Of a DNA stretch of 64,000 nt, positions 48,601 through 56,320 are shown piece after piece; within the stretch, counting starts at the first letter, position 1; every line of letters starts with the position of its first letter. This stretch comes from an uncultured bacterium (GTDB taxonomy: Bacteria > Patescibacteriota > Dojkabacteria > J137). The notes under the pieces are model-generated. The model worked only from the letters and a program-made list of their open reading frames with translations. It was not told the origin of the DNA and did no database searches. The DNA is taken from assembly GCA_963700155.1 (NCBI GenBank), contig OY969472.1:2058-66057 (forward strand), in the 5' to 3' direction. The translations under genes were made by a program, and so were the position numbers.

Positions 48601-50599
48601 AGAAATAACAATAGCTGCACCAACAAAAAGTGCAAACAATACTATAACTGACACAATTATCAAAGTTACAGATAATTATCAAATAAATGCAAGTGGAGTG
48701 AATGCGGCAGGTGGTGTTTTAGATTGTGTTCAAACCAATAGTAAAGAAGTAAACTGTTCAGTGTCTATTCCAGTTAGTGGAGATCTAATAATAACTGCAA
48801 CTGACGTTGCAGGAAATGAAGCAACAAAAACAGAATCAGATTATCAGGTTACCTCTGGGGTACCTGCCGCATTCACTCCAACTCTAAATACCGGAGCATA
48901 CACTCATAACACGACTCCTATTGTAGGTTTCTTTACAACTGATCAAGATGGTATTAATCATTATGAAGTTAAAATTGATGATGGGAGTTTCTCAACACAA
49001 ACTTCTCCTTATCAACTTCCTGAACTCCAAGAAGGATTCCATACAATCGTAGTCAGAGCCTTCAGCAATAATGGAAGTTTTAGAGATGGTAGCATTTCAG
49101 TAACAATAGACTTGACTAACCCTACTAACTTAAAAATAGAGTTAAATACAGAAAATCCAACAAATAATCCGAGACCAATAATTACTTTCACAGCAGATGA
49201 TGAAAATGGTATTGGTCATTTTGAAGTAAAAGTAGCAAGTGATGGAGGTACATTTGTAACTGCAGATTCCCCATACCAAGTTCCTGATAATTTAGAAGAT
49301 GGTGATCATATAGTAACTGTTAGAGCATTTGATAAAGCTGATAATGCGATAGAAGATAGTACAAGTTTTACTTTAGATACTACAAAACCAACTGGTTCTA
49401 TAGAAATTAACAATGGAGAAAATAAAACAAGCATACAAAAAGTAAATCTTCAATTAACAGCTGATGACGTAGGAGTTGGAATAAAATCTATGATAATTTC
49501 TGAATACTCAGACTTTCATTCTTCGAATTATGAGCAATATTCATCAACAAAAGAATGGACTTTATCAAATGAAAAAGGTGTAAAAACTATTTATGTGAAG
49601 TTTCGAGACAAAGCTGGTAATGAATCTGAAGTTTATTCAGCTTCAATAGCTTATGATCCTAGTGGTCAATTCAACTTCCCTGGTATTCCAGGTGAAGAAC
49701 AACCGCAATCAGTTCTTATTAATACAACAAATGCAGTAGATGCAACTTTACTTACTCTTGCCGTTGGAACAATAGCAACAAACCTTTTTGCGAGTCCAAA
49801 TATAATTTTATACGGTATCTTTATTATCCGTGACCGAAAGAAAAGAAGACCTTGGGGAATTGTTTATGATCAAAATACTATGGAACCAATACCATTTGTA
49901 ACAGTAAGGCTTTATTCAGCTGAAAATAATAAATTAATTGCCCAAAAGATTACTGATTTTGAAGGCAAATTCGGATTCATCGTAAATAAAGGCGATTATA
50001 TTTTAGAAGTACTACACTCTGATTATCTCTCATATAAAGAAAATTTCACTTACGATGAATCTGAAGGAATACTTCAAAAAGATATTTCATTAAGCAAAAA
50101 TTCAAGTAAAGCAGGAGAGTATAGAAGAACTTTAAGAGAAAAATTATATAAAGCAAATACTGTAATTGTTTATCTTGGATTAATATTCTCAGTGATTGTA
50201 TTCTTGATTAATAGAACTACTTTCACTACCATCATTCTTTTGTTATACATAGTCCAATTTATAATTGTTTATTTACTAAATAGAAGAAAAAAACAAGAAT
50301 GGGGATTTGTTTATGATATTGCTACAGGATTAAGAATTAAAGGAGCCTTTGTAAGAATTTATACAAAAGAAGAAATCAAACAGCTCGACGTACAGATGAC
50401 AGATATTAACGGAAGATATTTCTTTAATCTAAAGTCTGGTGAATATTTAATATCAGTAAACGCTGAAGGATATAAGTTCCCAGCAGATAGCGTTAGTCAA
50501 AAACATATTTTTGTATCTGAATCTGGACAAAATTTTATGGAAGTTAAAATAGTTAAAAATAAACCTATAAATTTAGAGATACCTTTAGAGACAATTTAA
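39689..50599 (+). CDS. giant (3636-aa) multidomain membrane-anchored protein with an N-terminal CheY-like receiver domain
   Basis: Residues ~8-120: receiver (REC) fold with the DD pair and the acceptor Asp (IVIVDKSLPKHNGL). Residues ~170-245: two hydrophobic segments. Residues ~250-1700: Gly/Thr/Ser/Asn-rich parallel-beta-helix-like repeats (GSGTLT, NNVTFNKVVIN). Residues ~1735-3235: about 15 tandem Ig-like repeats of roughly 95 aa (FTPTLNVTSPT...IDHYEVKVDSGSF...GDHTITVRAYD.AGNYTDG). C-terminus: TM helices alternating with two CarboxypepD_reg-like domains (WGIVYD..., WGFVYD...DINGRYFF). It is one uninterrupted ORF. Confidence 0.85.
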   Translation: MEENTENKNIILLNDDLTIRIVLKNLLHQYFDKNVKIYSSAEALQGLGLIFILKSDIVIVDKSLPKHNGLNIVDYIKSNEKLKKVKTKVIVLGEGKEDSSIPNEYKYIDTTDENFPGTLVNYVKTVIPEYVSKINKVNSLISKLGKNVVKFSNKSDKIIANDKGRFFPMTPWLKWVYYQFLSSVNLTLFSFLVGKFPDENKEQQKFDIESNFRKNLPGIAIGLTMLFLTSITAFAIGGTVITSSLVLTQNVQSATARTWDGGGSQDSCGGNLGDENKWSCAENWNPDGVPGSSDTITFNGTSTKNSVIDASFAGTVNNITIASGYTGTITQARSLTASGTYSQAAGTFNSENQSLTVGFFTLSGGSFTAPSTNMTIYSMMTVTGSPSFNANNGTVNFTLGYLTISCGNITFNKVTITNAGYVVVESDCNLPLGNNPTLSWDYRQNFLLSGTLTGSGTLTATSATTSGKYFYLEPGSALVGFSGLNVGNFYVANTDADFSSYTTFSVSGYVGQSSGTFKMPTITGTNGIQDLTLSGGTFRAPPGNLNINHEINISASAAPGFDANGGTINFISASSRYLTCNNAVFNKVTINTNQFVVVYAGCNFPLGNNPTITWSGSQNFILDGTLSGTGTLTTVGGTTSGKQFFLDPGSSVTGFTNYSIGGYFTISSGVTFDSTALGGTLSVASGYTISMASGTVSLNGTANPTIGTLGISGGTFIGPPSNLTINGNLSISGGAFTAPTGSMNVYGNISISGSSTFDANGGTITLLGTNTQTMGCNNVTLNKVVINKGNIGADNSVTIGSDCSLPLGNDPTVIVNLNSFNSKKGDLILNGSLSGTGTLSTGNGSGGNITLGSTGSINGFSGFNSPYMGLIVSGTTLDMSGYTTFMMAGSSHLTNLSVQSGGTLKLPTPTGSVTVSTISTTGGSTFIGAGGSIYDNGSLSISGGTFVAPSGTLSLVGNISISGNPTFDANGGTITLGGSNNQTLACNNVTFNKVVINRDNVGSDNSVTIGSDCNLPLGNNPTVVVNLNSFNSKKGDLILNGSLSGTGTLTMGNGYGGTLTMNTGSSISNFSSIFSNKTAQLLQISGANEDLSTLSSMTWSGGITITSGSLTLPDTASIGALTVNGGTLNSTNGSLNESGTLTLSSGTLNAPTGNLNLAGAISFSSTGTFNAGSGTINLKGGTVTHSCNNKTFNLVTLNNTATQTVNSNCSFPLGNDPIITNGITLDSGTLSGSGTITMTTGILTLNTGYHLTGFSGFTGTSNGLRTSGASNTVDFSSYSTFDLNSSLTVDTGASLTFPNSGANFNITSLTLSGNGSILNAYNGNMNISGSLTFSDNSTFNAGSGSITFNGSTATHSCNNATFNLVIFNNSGTQTVSSNCSFPLGNNPTVANSLNVSGGTLTGSGTFNMTTGTLTLTNAAFSGFIGFNGGILIVSGASSTADFSSYTTFDTTGTVQAQSSATLTLPNNANIGGDLQASSTINAPSGNLYVGGSITGGSNFHHNNGTVILDGTNQTISTAALTFYNLTKIVPTGSSQTLTFPAGTSSTQTIAGDLILHGYDTSARLNLRTSSGTTYFQINAQGSRDLLYLDIKDSNNINTAAMQMGGSGSQDSGHNIAWNFSSATPNDPSNLGPASVISAVYTTTLKPTFSFTISDPNPLDTVKYNFQVDDNSDFSSPVIDYSTVLGSQGSKSFTVGQSAGTGTYNVGSSGQSLTTGGYYWRVNATDNNGLISNYTTANGGAIAFYIDSVAPATFTPTLNVTSPTQNRTPTVTFNTTDNVGVDHYQVKVDSGSFSTHTSPYTIPTLNAGDHTITVRAYDTTSNYTDGVVMITVEVNPPVAFSPTLNVSNPTNNTSPILTFSTTDGAGIDHYEVKINSGSFSTQSSPYQLPTLTQGSYTFTVRAYNINDVYTDGSVSTYIDTSAPNNFTPTLNVGNYTNNQTPTLSFVTADNHQLGHYEVDIDGGGFTAQTSPYVLPTLSEAAHSITVIAYDAAGNSKTGTVVNVTVDITAPASFTPTLDVTSPTSNTRPTVTFTTTDNNVVNHYEIKIDSGSFTTQSSPYQLDPLDYGDHTITVRAFDIAGNYTDGDIIDLFVDNNGPDAFIPTLNVVSPTTNTSPTVSFSTTDDTGIDHYEVKVDSGSFLEQESPYTVDELTEGSHTITVRAFDTLGNYTDGNVIIVIDLTKPNAFSPTLNTGSFTSNTRPTVSYGTTDNVGINHYAVKLDSGSFGTHSSPYQLPTLSEGSHSITVRAYDSAGNYRDGTTLAVTIDLTVPNNFTPTLNVTSPTINTTPTVSFSTTDNFGINYYRVQVDNGSFYTTTSPYQVPPLSNGDHTITVRVYDKASNYKDGSVNVTVNRTSPDPFTPTLNVTSPTNDSTPILSFSTTDAMTSIDHYEVKVDNGSFSIQTSPYQLPNLFQTNLNTPPHTITVRAYNTIDNFTDGTVSLYVDTTLPTINYSAPIKIKNSDITNTTFSISDNLGINKDNTSITGGVFTCNQGSVIGVGCSGTITNSGTVSITATDNAGSSRTVNVTGYIIDQVAPEITITAPTKNSATTITDTTLFVTDNIQITVDKVIAVSGGTIICTQTSQTRVDCTASVSDTGDLVINANDTAGNADALTESGYVVTATPPAPFQPSLNTTAYTNDTAPILFFSTTDADGIDHYEVKINNGSFTTQISPYQLPIQSAGFKTITVRAYDTQGNFRDGSIGVTIDTSSPAAFTPILNVSSPTNNTTPIVSFFTTDNNGIDHYEVQVDGGSFSTQVSPYQLPELVEGDHIITVRAFNIVGNYTDGSVDLTVDLTPPESFTPIITPGTITNITNPELTYSTTDNIAVSHYEVQVDSGMFSIQASPYTVPTVPEGDHTMTVVAYDTAGNSTTEMVGAIVDQSAPVISYSAPTRVKNSNITNTTITVIDDAAIDVSNVTASGVGIINCTQTSSTRVDCTSNIASSGTLTINAEDTVGYTSSEDIDGYVIETIAPEITIAAPTKSANNTITDTIIKVTDNYQINASGVNAAGGVLDCVQTNSKEVNCSVSIPVSGDLIITATDVAGNEATKTESDYQVTSGVPAAFTPTLNTGAYTHNTTPIVGFFTTDQDGINHYEVKIDDGSFSTQTSPYQLPELQEGFHTIVVRAFSNNGSFRDGSISVTIDLTNPTNLKIELNTENPTNNPRPIITFTADDENGIGHFEVKVASDGGTFVTADSPYQVPDNLEDGDHIVTVRAFDKADNAIEDSTSFTLDTTKPTGSIEINNGENKTSIQKVNLQLTADDVGVGIKSMIISEYSDFHSSNYEQYSSTKEWTLSNEKGVKTIYVKFRDKAGNESEVYSASIAYDPSGQFNFPGIPGEEQPQSVLINTTNAVDATLLTLAVGTIATNLFASPNIILYGIFIIRDRKKRRPWGIVYDQNTMEPIPFVTVRLYSAENNKLIAQKITDFEGKFGFIVNKGDYILEVLHSDYLSYKENFTYDESEGILQKDISLSKNSSKAGEYRRTLREKLYKANTVIVYLGLIFSVIVFLINRTTFTTIILLLYIVQFIIVYLLNRRKKQEWGFVYDIATGLRIKGAFVRIYTKEEIKQLDVQMTDINGRYFFNLKSGEYLISVNAEGYKFPADSVSQKHIFVSESGQNFMEVKIVKNKPINLEIPLETI
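44930..49390 (+). repeat. intragenic tandem array of about 285-bp (95-aa) Ig-like domain repeats
   Basis: The nucleotide-level periodicity has about 15 copies, interrupted twice by a different domain type (at ~47020-47560 and ~48330-48850). Confidence 0.7.
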
Positions 50600-50657
50600 A
50601 AAACTTTACAAAATTATTATATTAATATAACTTTAAAATACTTTTTAGTTAAAATAT

Positions 50658-51056
50658 ATGAGTATTAACACTGCTAGTTTAGATAATGAGTTAAATGCAG
50701 ACACTTCGGTTCTTTGGAACAGCGTCAAAGATGAATTACACTTTGAATTTTTAGCACCTGAATTTCAAGAAATTCTTGATAAATTAAGTGATAATACAAG
50801 AATTGTTAATATGGATCAACTTGAAGACCATGTACCTTTTTTCTCTTTTTTTCTACAATTTCAAGGTAAAACAATAGAGATTCCTAATATAGGTAGCTTT
50901 AAGGCACAATATATATTAGTTGATTACCCACCGGATGAAGATAAACCTACTGAAAGTATTATTATTTATTGTGACGAATTTGGAAAAGTAGGTTTTGTAG
51001 AAAAGTCTATACCAGTTTTTCAAACTTGGACAGCTGATATATTTAAAGAAGTATAA
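50658..51056 (+). CDS. hypothetical protein
   Basis: 132-aa acidic ORF with no recognisable motif. Confidence 0.4.
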   Translation: MSINTASLDNELNADTSVLWNSVKDELHFEFLAPEFQEILDKLSDNTRIVNMDQLEDHVPFFSFFLQFQGKTIEIPNIGSFKAQYILVDYPPDEDKPTESIIIYCDEFGKVGFVEKSIPVFQTWTADIFKEV

Positions 51057-51083
51057 TAATTTATTATTTAATTTATTTTTTCT

Positions 51084-51419
51084 ATGAAAATAATTATAAA
51101 TCTTGTATTGAGTACACTTACAGTAATAGTTTCAGCATATATTATTCAAGGGGTTACCGTTGATGGTTTTTTAACTGCGCTTGTAGTTGCAGTATTACTA
51201 GGAATAGTAAATAGTATTATTATGCCTATAATAAAATTACTAACTCTTCCAATAACTGTTTTAACATTAGGATTATTCAGCCTTGTAATTAACGCTTTAA
51301 TGGTTTTATTAGTTGCTTGGATAGTACCTGGTTTTATGGTTAGTGGATTCTTACCAGCATTATTATTCGCAATTTTGCTCTCACTAATTAATACTATTAT
51401 TTTTAAAATAGCAGATTAA
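51084..51419 (+). CDS. DUF360-family (YvlD / phage-holin-4-like) four-TM membrane protein
   Basis: 111 aa with four hydrophobic helices and a conserved pattern typical of DUF360 proteins. It shares an ATGA overlap with msrB. Confidence 0.5.
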   Translation: MKIIINLVLSTLTVIVSAYIIQGVTVDGFLTALVVAVLLGIVNSIIMPIIKLLTLPITVLTLGLFSLVINALMVLLVAWIVPGFMVSGFLPALLFAILLSLINTIIFKIAD

Positions 51420-51817
51420 TGAAATATAACGATTTAACAGAAGAAGAAAGAAAAGTGATTGAAGATAAAGATACTGAATCTCCCTTCACAGGTGAATATG
51501 ACAATTTTTATGAACCAGGAACATTCATCTGCAGAAGATGTAATAATCCCCTATTTACTTCAAAGGCAAAGTTTGATGCACATTGTGGTTGGCCTGCTTT
51601 TGATGAAAGTTTCCCAAATTCATTGAAAAGAATATATGATAATTCTCTCGGAATGCAAAGAACTGAAATCGAATGTGCAAACTGCAGAGCTCACCTTGGA
51701 CATGAATTTAAAGGAGAGCATTTAACCGATAAAAATGTAAGAGAATGTGTGAATTCTTTATCCATAAAATTCATTCCCGAAAGAAAAGAACTTCCCCCAA
51801 TAATTTCTACTAATTAA
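51419..51817 (+). CDS. msrB: peptide methionine (R)-S-oxide reductase MsrB
   Basis: The zinc-binding pattern CxxC...CxxC with CGWPAF, and the catalytic region RTEIECANCRAHLGHEF. Confidence 0.9.
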   Translation: MKYNDLTEEERKVIEDKDTESPFTGEYDNFYEPGTFICRRCNNPLFTSKAKFDAHCGWPAFDESFPNSLKRIYDNSLGMQRTEIECANCRAHLGHEFKGEHLTDKNVRECVNSLSIKFIPERKELPPIISTN

Positions 51818-51864
51818 TAAGAAAAACTTCACAGAAGCATAGTCTTACTCAAAATTTATTTTTC

Positions 51865-51912
51865 TTGACAATATTAGTTTAGTTGCTAAAATAATTAGTT
51901 ACTTAACTAATA
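51865..51912 (+). promoter_or_regulatory. marR promoter (TTGACA-16-TAAAAT) with an overlapping 8-bp inverted repeat ATTAGTTA-ct-TAACTAAT, candidate MarR operator
   Basis: The -35 box is at 51865-51870 and the -10 box at 51887-51892. The palindrome at 51894-51911 lies 5 nt upstream of the marR ATG. Confidence 0.45.
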
Positions 51913-51915
51913 AAT

Positions 51916-52389
51916 ATGTTCCAATCAAGAGAAGAAAAAATACAATTAATCTTTGAAAAGTTCGAAAATATCTTTAAAACAATACATAAAAGACGTTTTC
52001 ATCTTCATAAAAATAAACAAAGATTCCCATTTGAAGATTTAAATCTAAGCAGAAGAGAAATTATATTCCTTTTTATTATTGGAAAATCTCAAGATGGAAT
52101 TTCAGTAAAAGATTTATCAAAATTCCAAAGAATAACTTCTGGAGCAGTAACTCAATTTATCGATAGTTTAATTGAAAAAAATCTTGTAAAACGAGAAGAA
52201 GATACTTATGATAGAAGAGTTATTAAAATAAAATTAACTGATTATGCAAAAAGTAAATTCAATAATTTTAAAAAAGGTTATGTAGAATCTTTAGTCCCTT
52301 TTTTCGATAATTTAACAGATGAGGAATTAGATCAATTTATAAATATATTAGAAAAACTTAGATCAAATACTGCAACAGCAGAAGATTAA
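51916..52389 (+). CDS. MarR-family transcriptional regulator
   Basis: 157 aa with a winged-helix segment ISVKDLSKFQRITSGAVTQFIDSLIEKNLVKREEDTYDRRVIKIKLT. Confidence 0.75.
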   Translation: MFQSREEKIQLIFEKFENIFKTIHKRRFHLHKNKQRFPFEDLNLSRREIIFLFIIGKSQDGISVKDLSKFQRITSGAVTQFIDSLIEKNLVKREEDTYDRRVIKIKLTDYAKSKFNNFKKGYVESLVPFFDNLTDEELDQFINILEKLRSNTATAED

Positions 52390-52399
52390 TATTAATTCC

Positions 52400-54136
52400 A
52401 TGACAAAATTACTTAAATATTTAAAACCTTATTCTCTTTGGCTTGTAGTAATGATTGTACTTACTTTAATACAAGTTTTTGCAACTTTACAGCTTCCTGA
52501 TTATATGGCACAGATTATTAATCAAGGAATAGTTCTTCAGAATCAAGATTTGATAATTTCTACTGGTATTCAAATGCTTGGAGTCGCGCTAATTGGAGCT
52601 GTAGCAATAATCTGTGTAAGTTATTTAGCTTCTCGAGTTGGAATGAGTTTTGCAAGAAAAATCCGTGAATTAATTTTTAGTAAAGTTGAAGGATTTTCCC
52701 TAACTGAATTTAATAAATTTTCAACAGCTTCCTTAATAACAAGATCTACTAATGATGTCACACAAGTACAAACAGTACTAATTATGGTATTCAGGTTAGT
52801 TTTAATGGCGCCAATTACAGGAGTTGTTGCAATTTATAAAGCTTATCAATTGGCGCCATCAATGACTTGGATTATGGCAGTTTCAGTTTCTATTCTAGTT
52901 ATAATTATATATGTTCTTTTTAGAGTAGCAGTCCCAAAATTCACTCTCCTTCAAAAAATGGTAGATAAGTTGAATTTAGTTGCCAGGGAAAATCTTACTG
53001 GACTAAGAGTAATTAGAGCATTTAATACTCAGAAATATGAAGAACAGAAGTTTGAGAAAGTAAATAGAGATTTAACTAACCTTAATCTTTTTGTAAATAG
53101 ACTTTTAGTATTAATGCAGCCAATGGTTATGCTTATTTTCAATTTAACCGCTATTGCTGTTATATGGATCGGCGCTCATATGATAGCTGATAATAATTTA
53201 CAGATTGGGGATATGATCGCCTTTATGCAATATGCAATGCAGGTGATTCTATCATTCTTATTAATGTCTATTATCTTTATTATGGTCCCCAGAGCTTCAG
53301 TTTCAGCAGATAGAATTTCTGAAGTCTTAAGTACAGAACCATTTATTAAAGACCCTGAAAATCCTGAAACGCCTGAAGATGAAAAACATGGATTAGTAGA
53401 ATTTAAAGATGTCACATTTACATATCCTGGAGCAGATTTACCAGTTTTATATAATATTACTTTTACAGCTAAACCAGGTCAGACAACTGCTTTCATTGGT
53501 AGTACTGGAAGTGGTAAATCTACTTTAATAAATTTGATCCCAAGATTCTTTGATGTTACATCGGGTCAGGTTTTAGTGGATGGTGTTGATGTAAGAAACA
53601 TGACACAAAAGAATTTACATGACAAAATTGGATATGTTCCTCAAAAAGGTGTTCTATTTTCTGGAACAATAAATTCAAATATAAAGTACGGTAAAGAAGA
53701 TGCAACAGAAAGTGAAGTTTCTAAAGCAGCTGTAACTGCACAAGCTTCAGATTTTATTAACAGCTTTAATGAAAAATTTGAATCACCAATAGCTCAAGGA
53801 GGGAGTAACGTTTCAGGGGGTCAAAAACAAAGACTTTCAATAGCACGTGCATTAGTCAAAAAACCTGAGATTTATATTTTTGATGACAGCTTTTCAGCTC
53901 TTGATTTTAAAACTGATGCAACTTTGCGAGAAGCTTTACATAAAGAGACTCAAAATTCTACTGTCCTTATTGTTGCACAAAGGATAGGAACTATTTTAAA
54001 TGCAGACCAAATTATCGTTTTAAATGAAGGAAGAATCGTTGGTAACGGAAAACACGAAGAATTAATGAGAACTAGTAAAGTATATAAGGAAATTGCTTTA
54101 TCTCAACTTTCAGAGAAAGAGTTAAAAAATATTTAA
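52400..54136 (+). CDS. ABC exporter subunit, fused permease and ATPase (heterodimeric MDR type)
   Basis: Six N-terminal TM helices, Walker A motif GSTGSGKSTL, signature VSGGQKQRLSIARAL, Walker B motif IYIFDD. Confidence 0.85.
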   Translation: MTKLLKYLKPYSLWLVVMIVLTLIQVFATLQLPDYMAQIINQGIVLQNQDLIISTGIQMLGVALIGAVAIICVSYLASRVGMSFARKIRELIFSKVEGFSLTEFNKFSTASLITRSTNDVTQVQTVLIMVFRLVLMAPITGVVAIYKAYQLAPSMTWIMAVSVSILVIIIYVLFRVAVPKFTLLQKMVDKLNLVARENLTGLRVIRAFNTQKYEEQKFEKVNRDLTNLNLFVNRLLVLMQPMVMLIFNLTAIAVIWIGAHMIADNNLQIGDMIAFMQYAMQVILSFLLMSIIFIMVPRASVSADRISEVLSTEPFIKDPENPETPEDEKHGLVEFKDVTFTYPGADLPVLYNITFTAKPGQTTAFIGSTGSGKSTLINLIPRFFDVTSGQVLVDGVDVRNMTQKNLHDKIGYVPQKGVLFSGTINSNIKYGKEDATESEVSKAAVTAQASDFINSFNEKFESPIAQGGSNVSGGQKQRLSIARALVKKPEIYIFDDSFSALDFKTDATLREALHKETQNSTVLIVAQRIGTILNADQIIVLNEGRIVGNGKHEELMRTSKVYKEIALSQLSEKELKNI

Positions 54137-54139
54137 AAT

Positions 54140-56191
54140 ATGGATAAAAAAGAAGATTTAAAAAAAGTAACTAGTAAAAAACCACAAGGGATGGCTTTTG
54201 GACCAGGCCAAGGTATGCAAGGTGTAGGTGAAAAAGCCAAAGACTTTAAAGGAAGTTTAAAAAAACTAGCAAATTATTTAAAACCGTTCTGGAAATCTAT
54301 TATTCTGGTAGTATTTTTTGCGATAGTTAGTACAACATTTGCTATATTAAGTCCAAGAATATTAGGAAACATTACAAACAACATCGTTAGTGATTATTTA
54401 AATATTACAATTTATAATCAAGTTACTGCTAATCTGCCACAAGGCATGACAATTCCTCCAGGAACCACTGGTGCAGATTTGCTGAAAAATGCTCCACAAG
54501 AAGAAGTTTCTAAAATCCCATCAGATAAACTTGATCAAATTAAAGCTTTAGACTTCTCTACTCGACCACAATTTAATTTTGACATTATTGCCCAAACTGG
54601 ATTATTTTTAATCGCTCTTTACCTATTGAGTTCTATATTTACATATATCCAAGGCTGGATAATGACTGGTGCGACTCAAGAAATTACTTTCAGATTTAGA
54701 AGAGATATTTCAGAAAAAATTAACAAACTTCCTTTAAGTTATTTTGATAAGAAAACATATGGTGATGTTTTAAGTAGAATAACAAATGATGTTGATACGG
54801 TAAGCCAAAATTTAAATCAAAGTTTAACTCAACTCATTTCAGCAATTACTACAATCATTGGAATATTAATAATGATGCTCTTAATAAGTGTTCCTATGAC
54901 AGTGATAGCTCTTTTAACCTTACCAATAAGCTTCTTCTTTATTGGATTTGTGATAAAAAAGTCTCAAACATTATTTTTTCAACAACAACAATCTTTAGGT
55001 GAAATCAATGGTCATGTTGAGGAAATGTATGCTGGTCATAATATCGTGAAAGTATTTAACCGTGAAGATGAATCTTTAGAAAAATTTAATAAGATAAATA
55101 ATGATTTATATGTGAGCGGTTGGAAGTCGCAATTTTTCTCAGGATTATTATTCCCAATAACTAATATCATAAGTAACTTAGGTTATATTGCAATTGCTGT
55201 ATTAGGTGGATGGTTGGCAATTAACGGGAAAATTCAAATAGGAGATATACAGGCATTTATGCAATATATGCAGCAATTTAATCAGCCAATAATGCAAACT
55301 GCGAATATTGCAAATGTATTGCAGTCTACTGCAGCAGCTGCTGAAAGAGTCTTTGAATTTTTAGATGAGCCTTCAGAAATCGAAGAATCTAAAAATCCTG
55401 TTGTTATTAAAAATATTAAAGGTAATGTTGAGTTTAATAATGTTAAATTCGGATACGATCCTAGTCACTATGTAATAAATGGATTTAACTCAAAAATTAA
55501 AGCTGGGCAACGAGTTGCAATAGTTGGACCAACAGGAGCAGGAAAAACAACAATGGTAAATTTATTAATGAGATTTTATGATGTAAATAAAGGCTCAATT
55601 AAGGTTGATGGCATTGATATTAGAAATATGCGAAGATCAGATTTAAGAAAATTATTTGGAATGGTTTTACAAGACACTTGGCTTTTCAACGGAACAATTA
55701 GAGATAATATAAGATATGGGAAACTTGATGCTAGTGAAGAAGAAATTATAAATGCAGCCCAAACTGCACATGTAGATCATTTTGTTCACTCTTTACCGGA
55801 TGGTTACGATATGATATTGAATGAAGAAGCAGATAATATATCTCAAGGTGAAAAACAATTATTGACAATAGCTAGAGCAATGTTAGCAAATCCACCAATC
55901 TTAATTCTTGATGAAGCAACTAGTTCTGTTGATACAAGAACTGAAGTGTTAATCCAAAAAGCTATGGATAATTTAATGCAAGGTAGAACTAGTTTTGTAA
56001 TTGCACATAGATTATCTACTATAAAAGATGCTGATTTAATTCTTGTTATGAGGTCTGGTAATATTGTTGAGCAAGGTACTCATGAAGAATTATTAGCTCA
56101 AAAGGGATTCTATGCTTCAATTTATGAAAGTCAATTTAGTAATGGTGGTGATATCGACAGAGCCTTAAAAGTAAATCCCCAATTAGCTTAA
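54140..56191 (+). CDS. ABC exporter subunit, fused permease and ATPase (partner of the upstream gene)
   Basis: Walker A motif GPTGAGKTTM, signature ISQGEKQLLTIARAM, Walker B motif ILILDEATS. There is a Gly/Gln-rich N-terminal extension. Confidence 0.85.
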   Translation: MDKKEDLKKVTSKKPQGMAFGPGQGMQGVGEKAKDFKGSLKKLANYLKPFWKSIILVVFFAIVSTTFAILSPRILGNITNNIVSDYLNITIYNQVTANLPQGMTIPPGTTGADLLKNAPQEEVSKIPSDKLDQIKALDFSTRPQFNFDIIAQTGLFLIALYLLSSIFTYIQGWIMTGATQEITFRFRRDISEKINKLPLSYFDKKTYGDVLSRITNDVDTVSQNLNQSLTQLISAITTIIGILIMMLLISVPMTVIALLTLPISFFFIGFVIKKSQTLFFQQQQSLGEINGHVEEMYAGHNIVKVFNREDESLEKFNKINNDLYVSGWKSQFFSGLLFPITNIISNLGYIAIAVLGGWLAINGKIQIGDIQAFMQYMQQFNQPIMQTANIANVLQSTAAAAERVFEFLDEPSEIEESKNPVVIKNIKGNVEFNNVKFGYDPSHYVINGFNSKIKAGQRVAIVGPTGAGKTTMVNLLMRFYDVNKGSIKVDGIDIRNMRRSDLRKLFGMVLQDTWLFNGTIRDNIRYGKLDASEEEIINAAQTAHVDHFVHSLPDGYDMILNEEADNISQGEKQLLTIARAMLANPPILILDEATSSVDTRTEVLIQKAMDNLMQGRTSFVIAHRLSTIKDADLILVMRSGNIVEQGTHEELLAQKGFYASIYESQFSNGGDIDRALKVNPQLA

Positions 56192-56320
56192 CTGATAATT
56201 ATATTCAATTGTTTTTAGCTCTAGTTTCTGTTAAAATGCAACGTCAATTATTGATTTTATATCTGCATAAAAGGTTATATAAAATTAGGAATTGAAAGTA
56301 ATATATTTAAAGTTTTTGAA

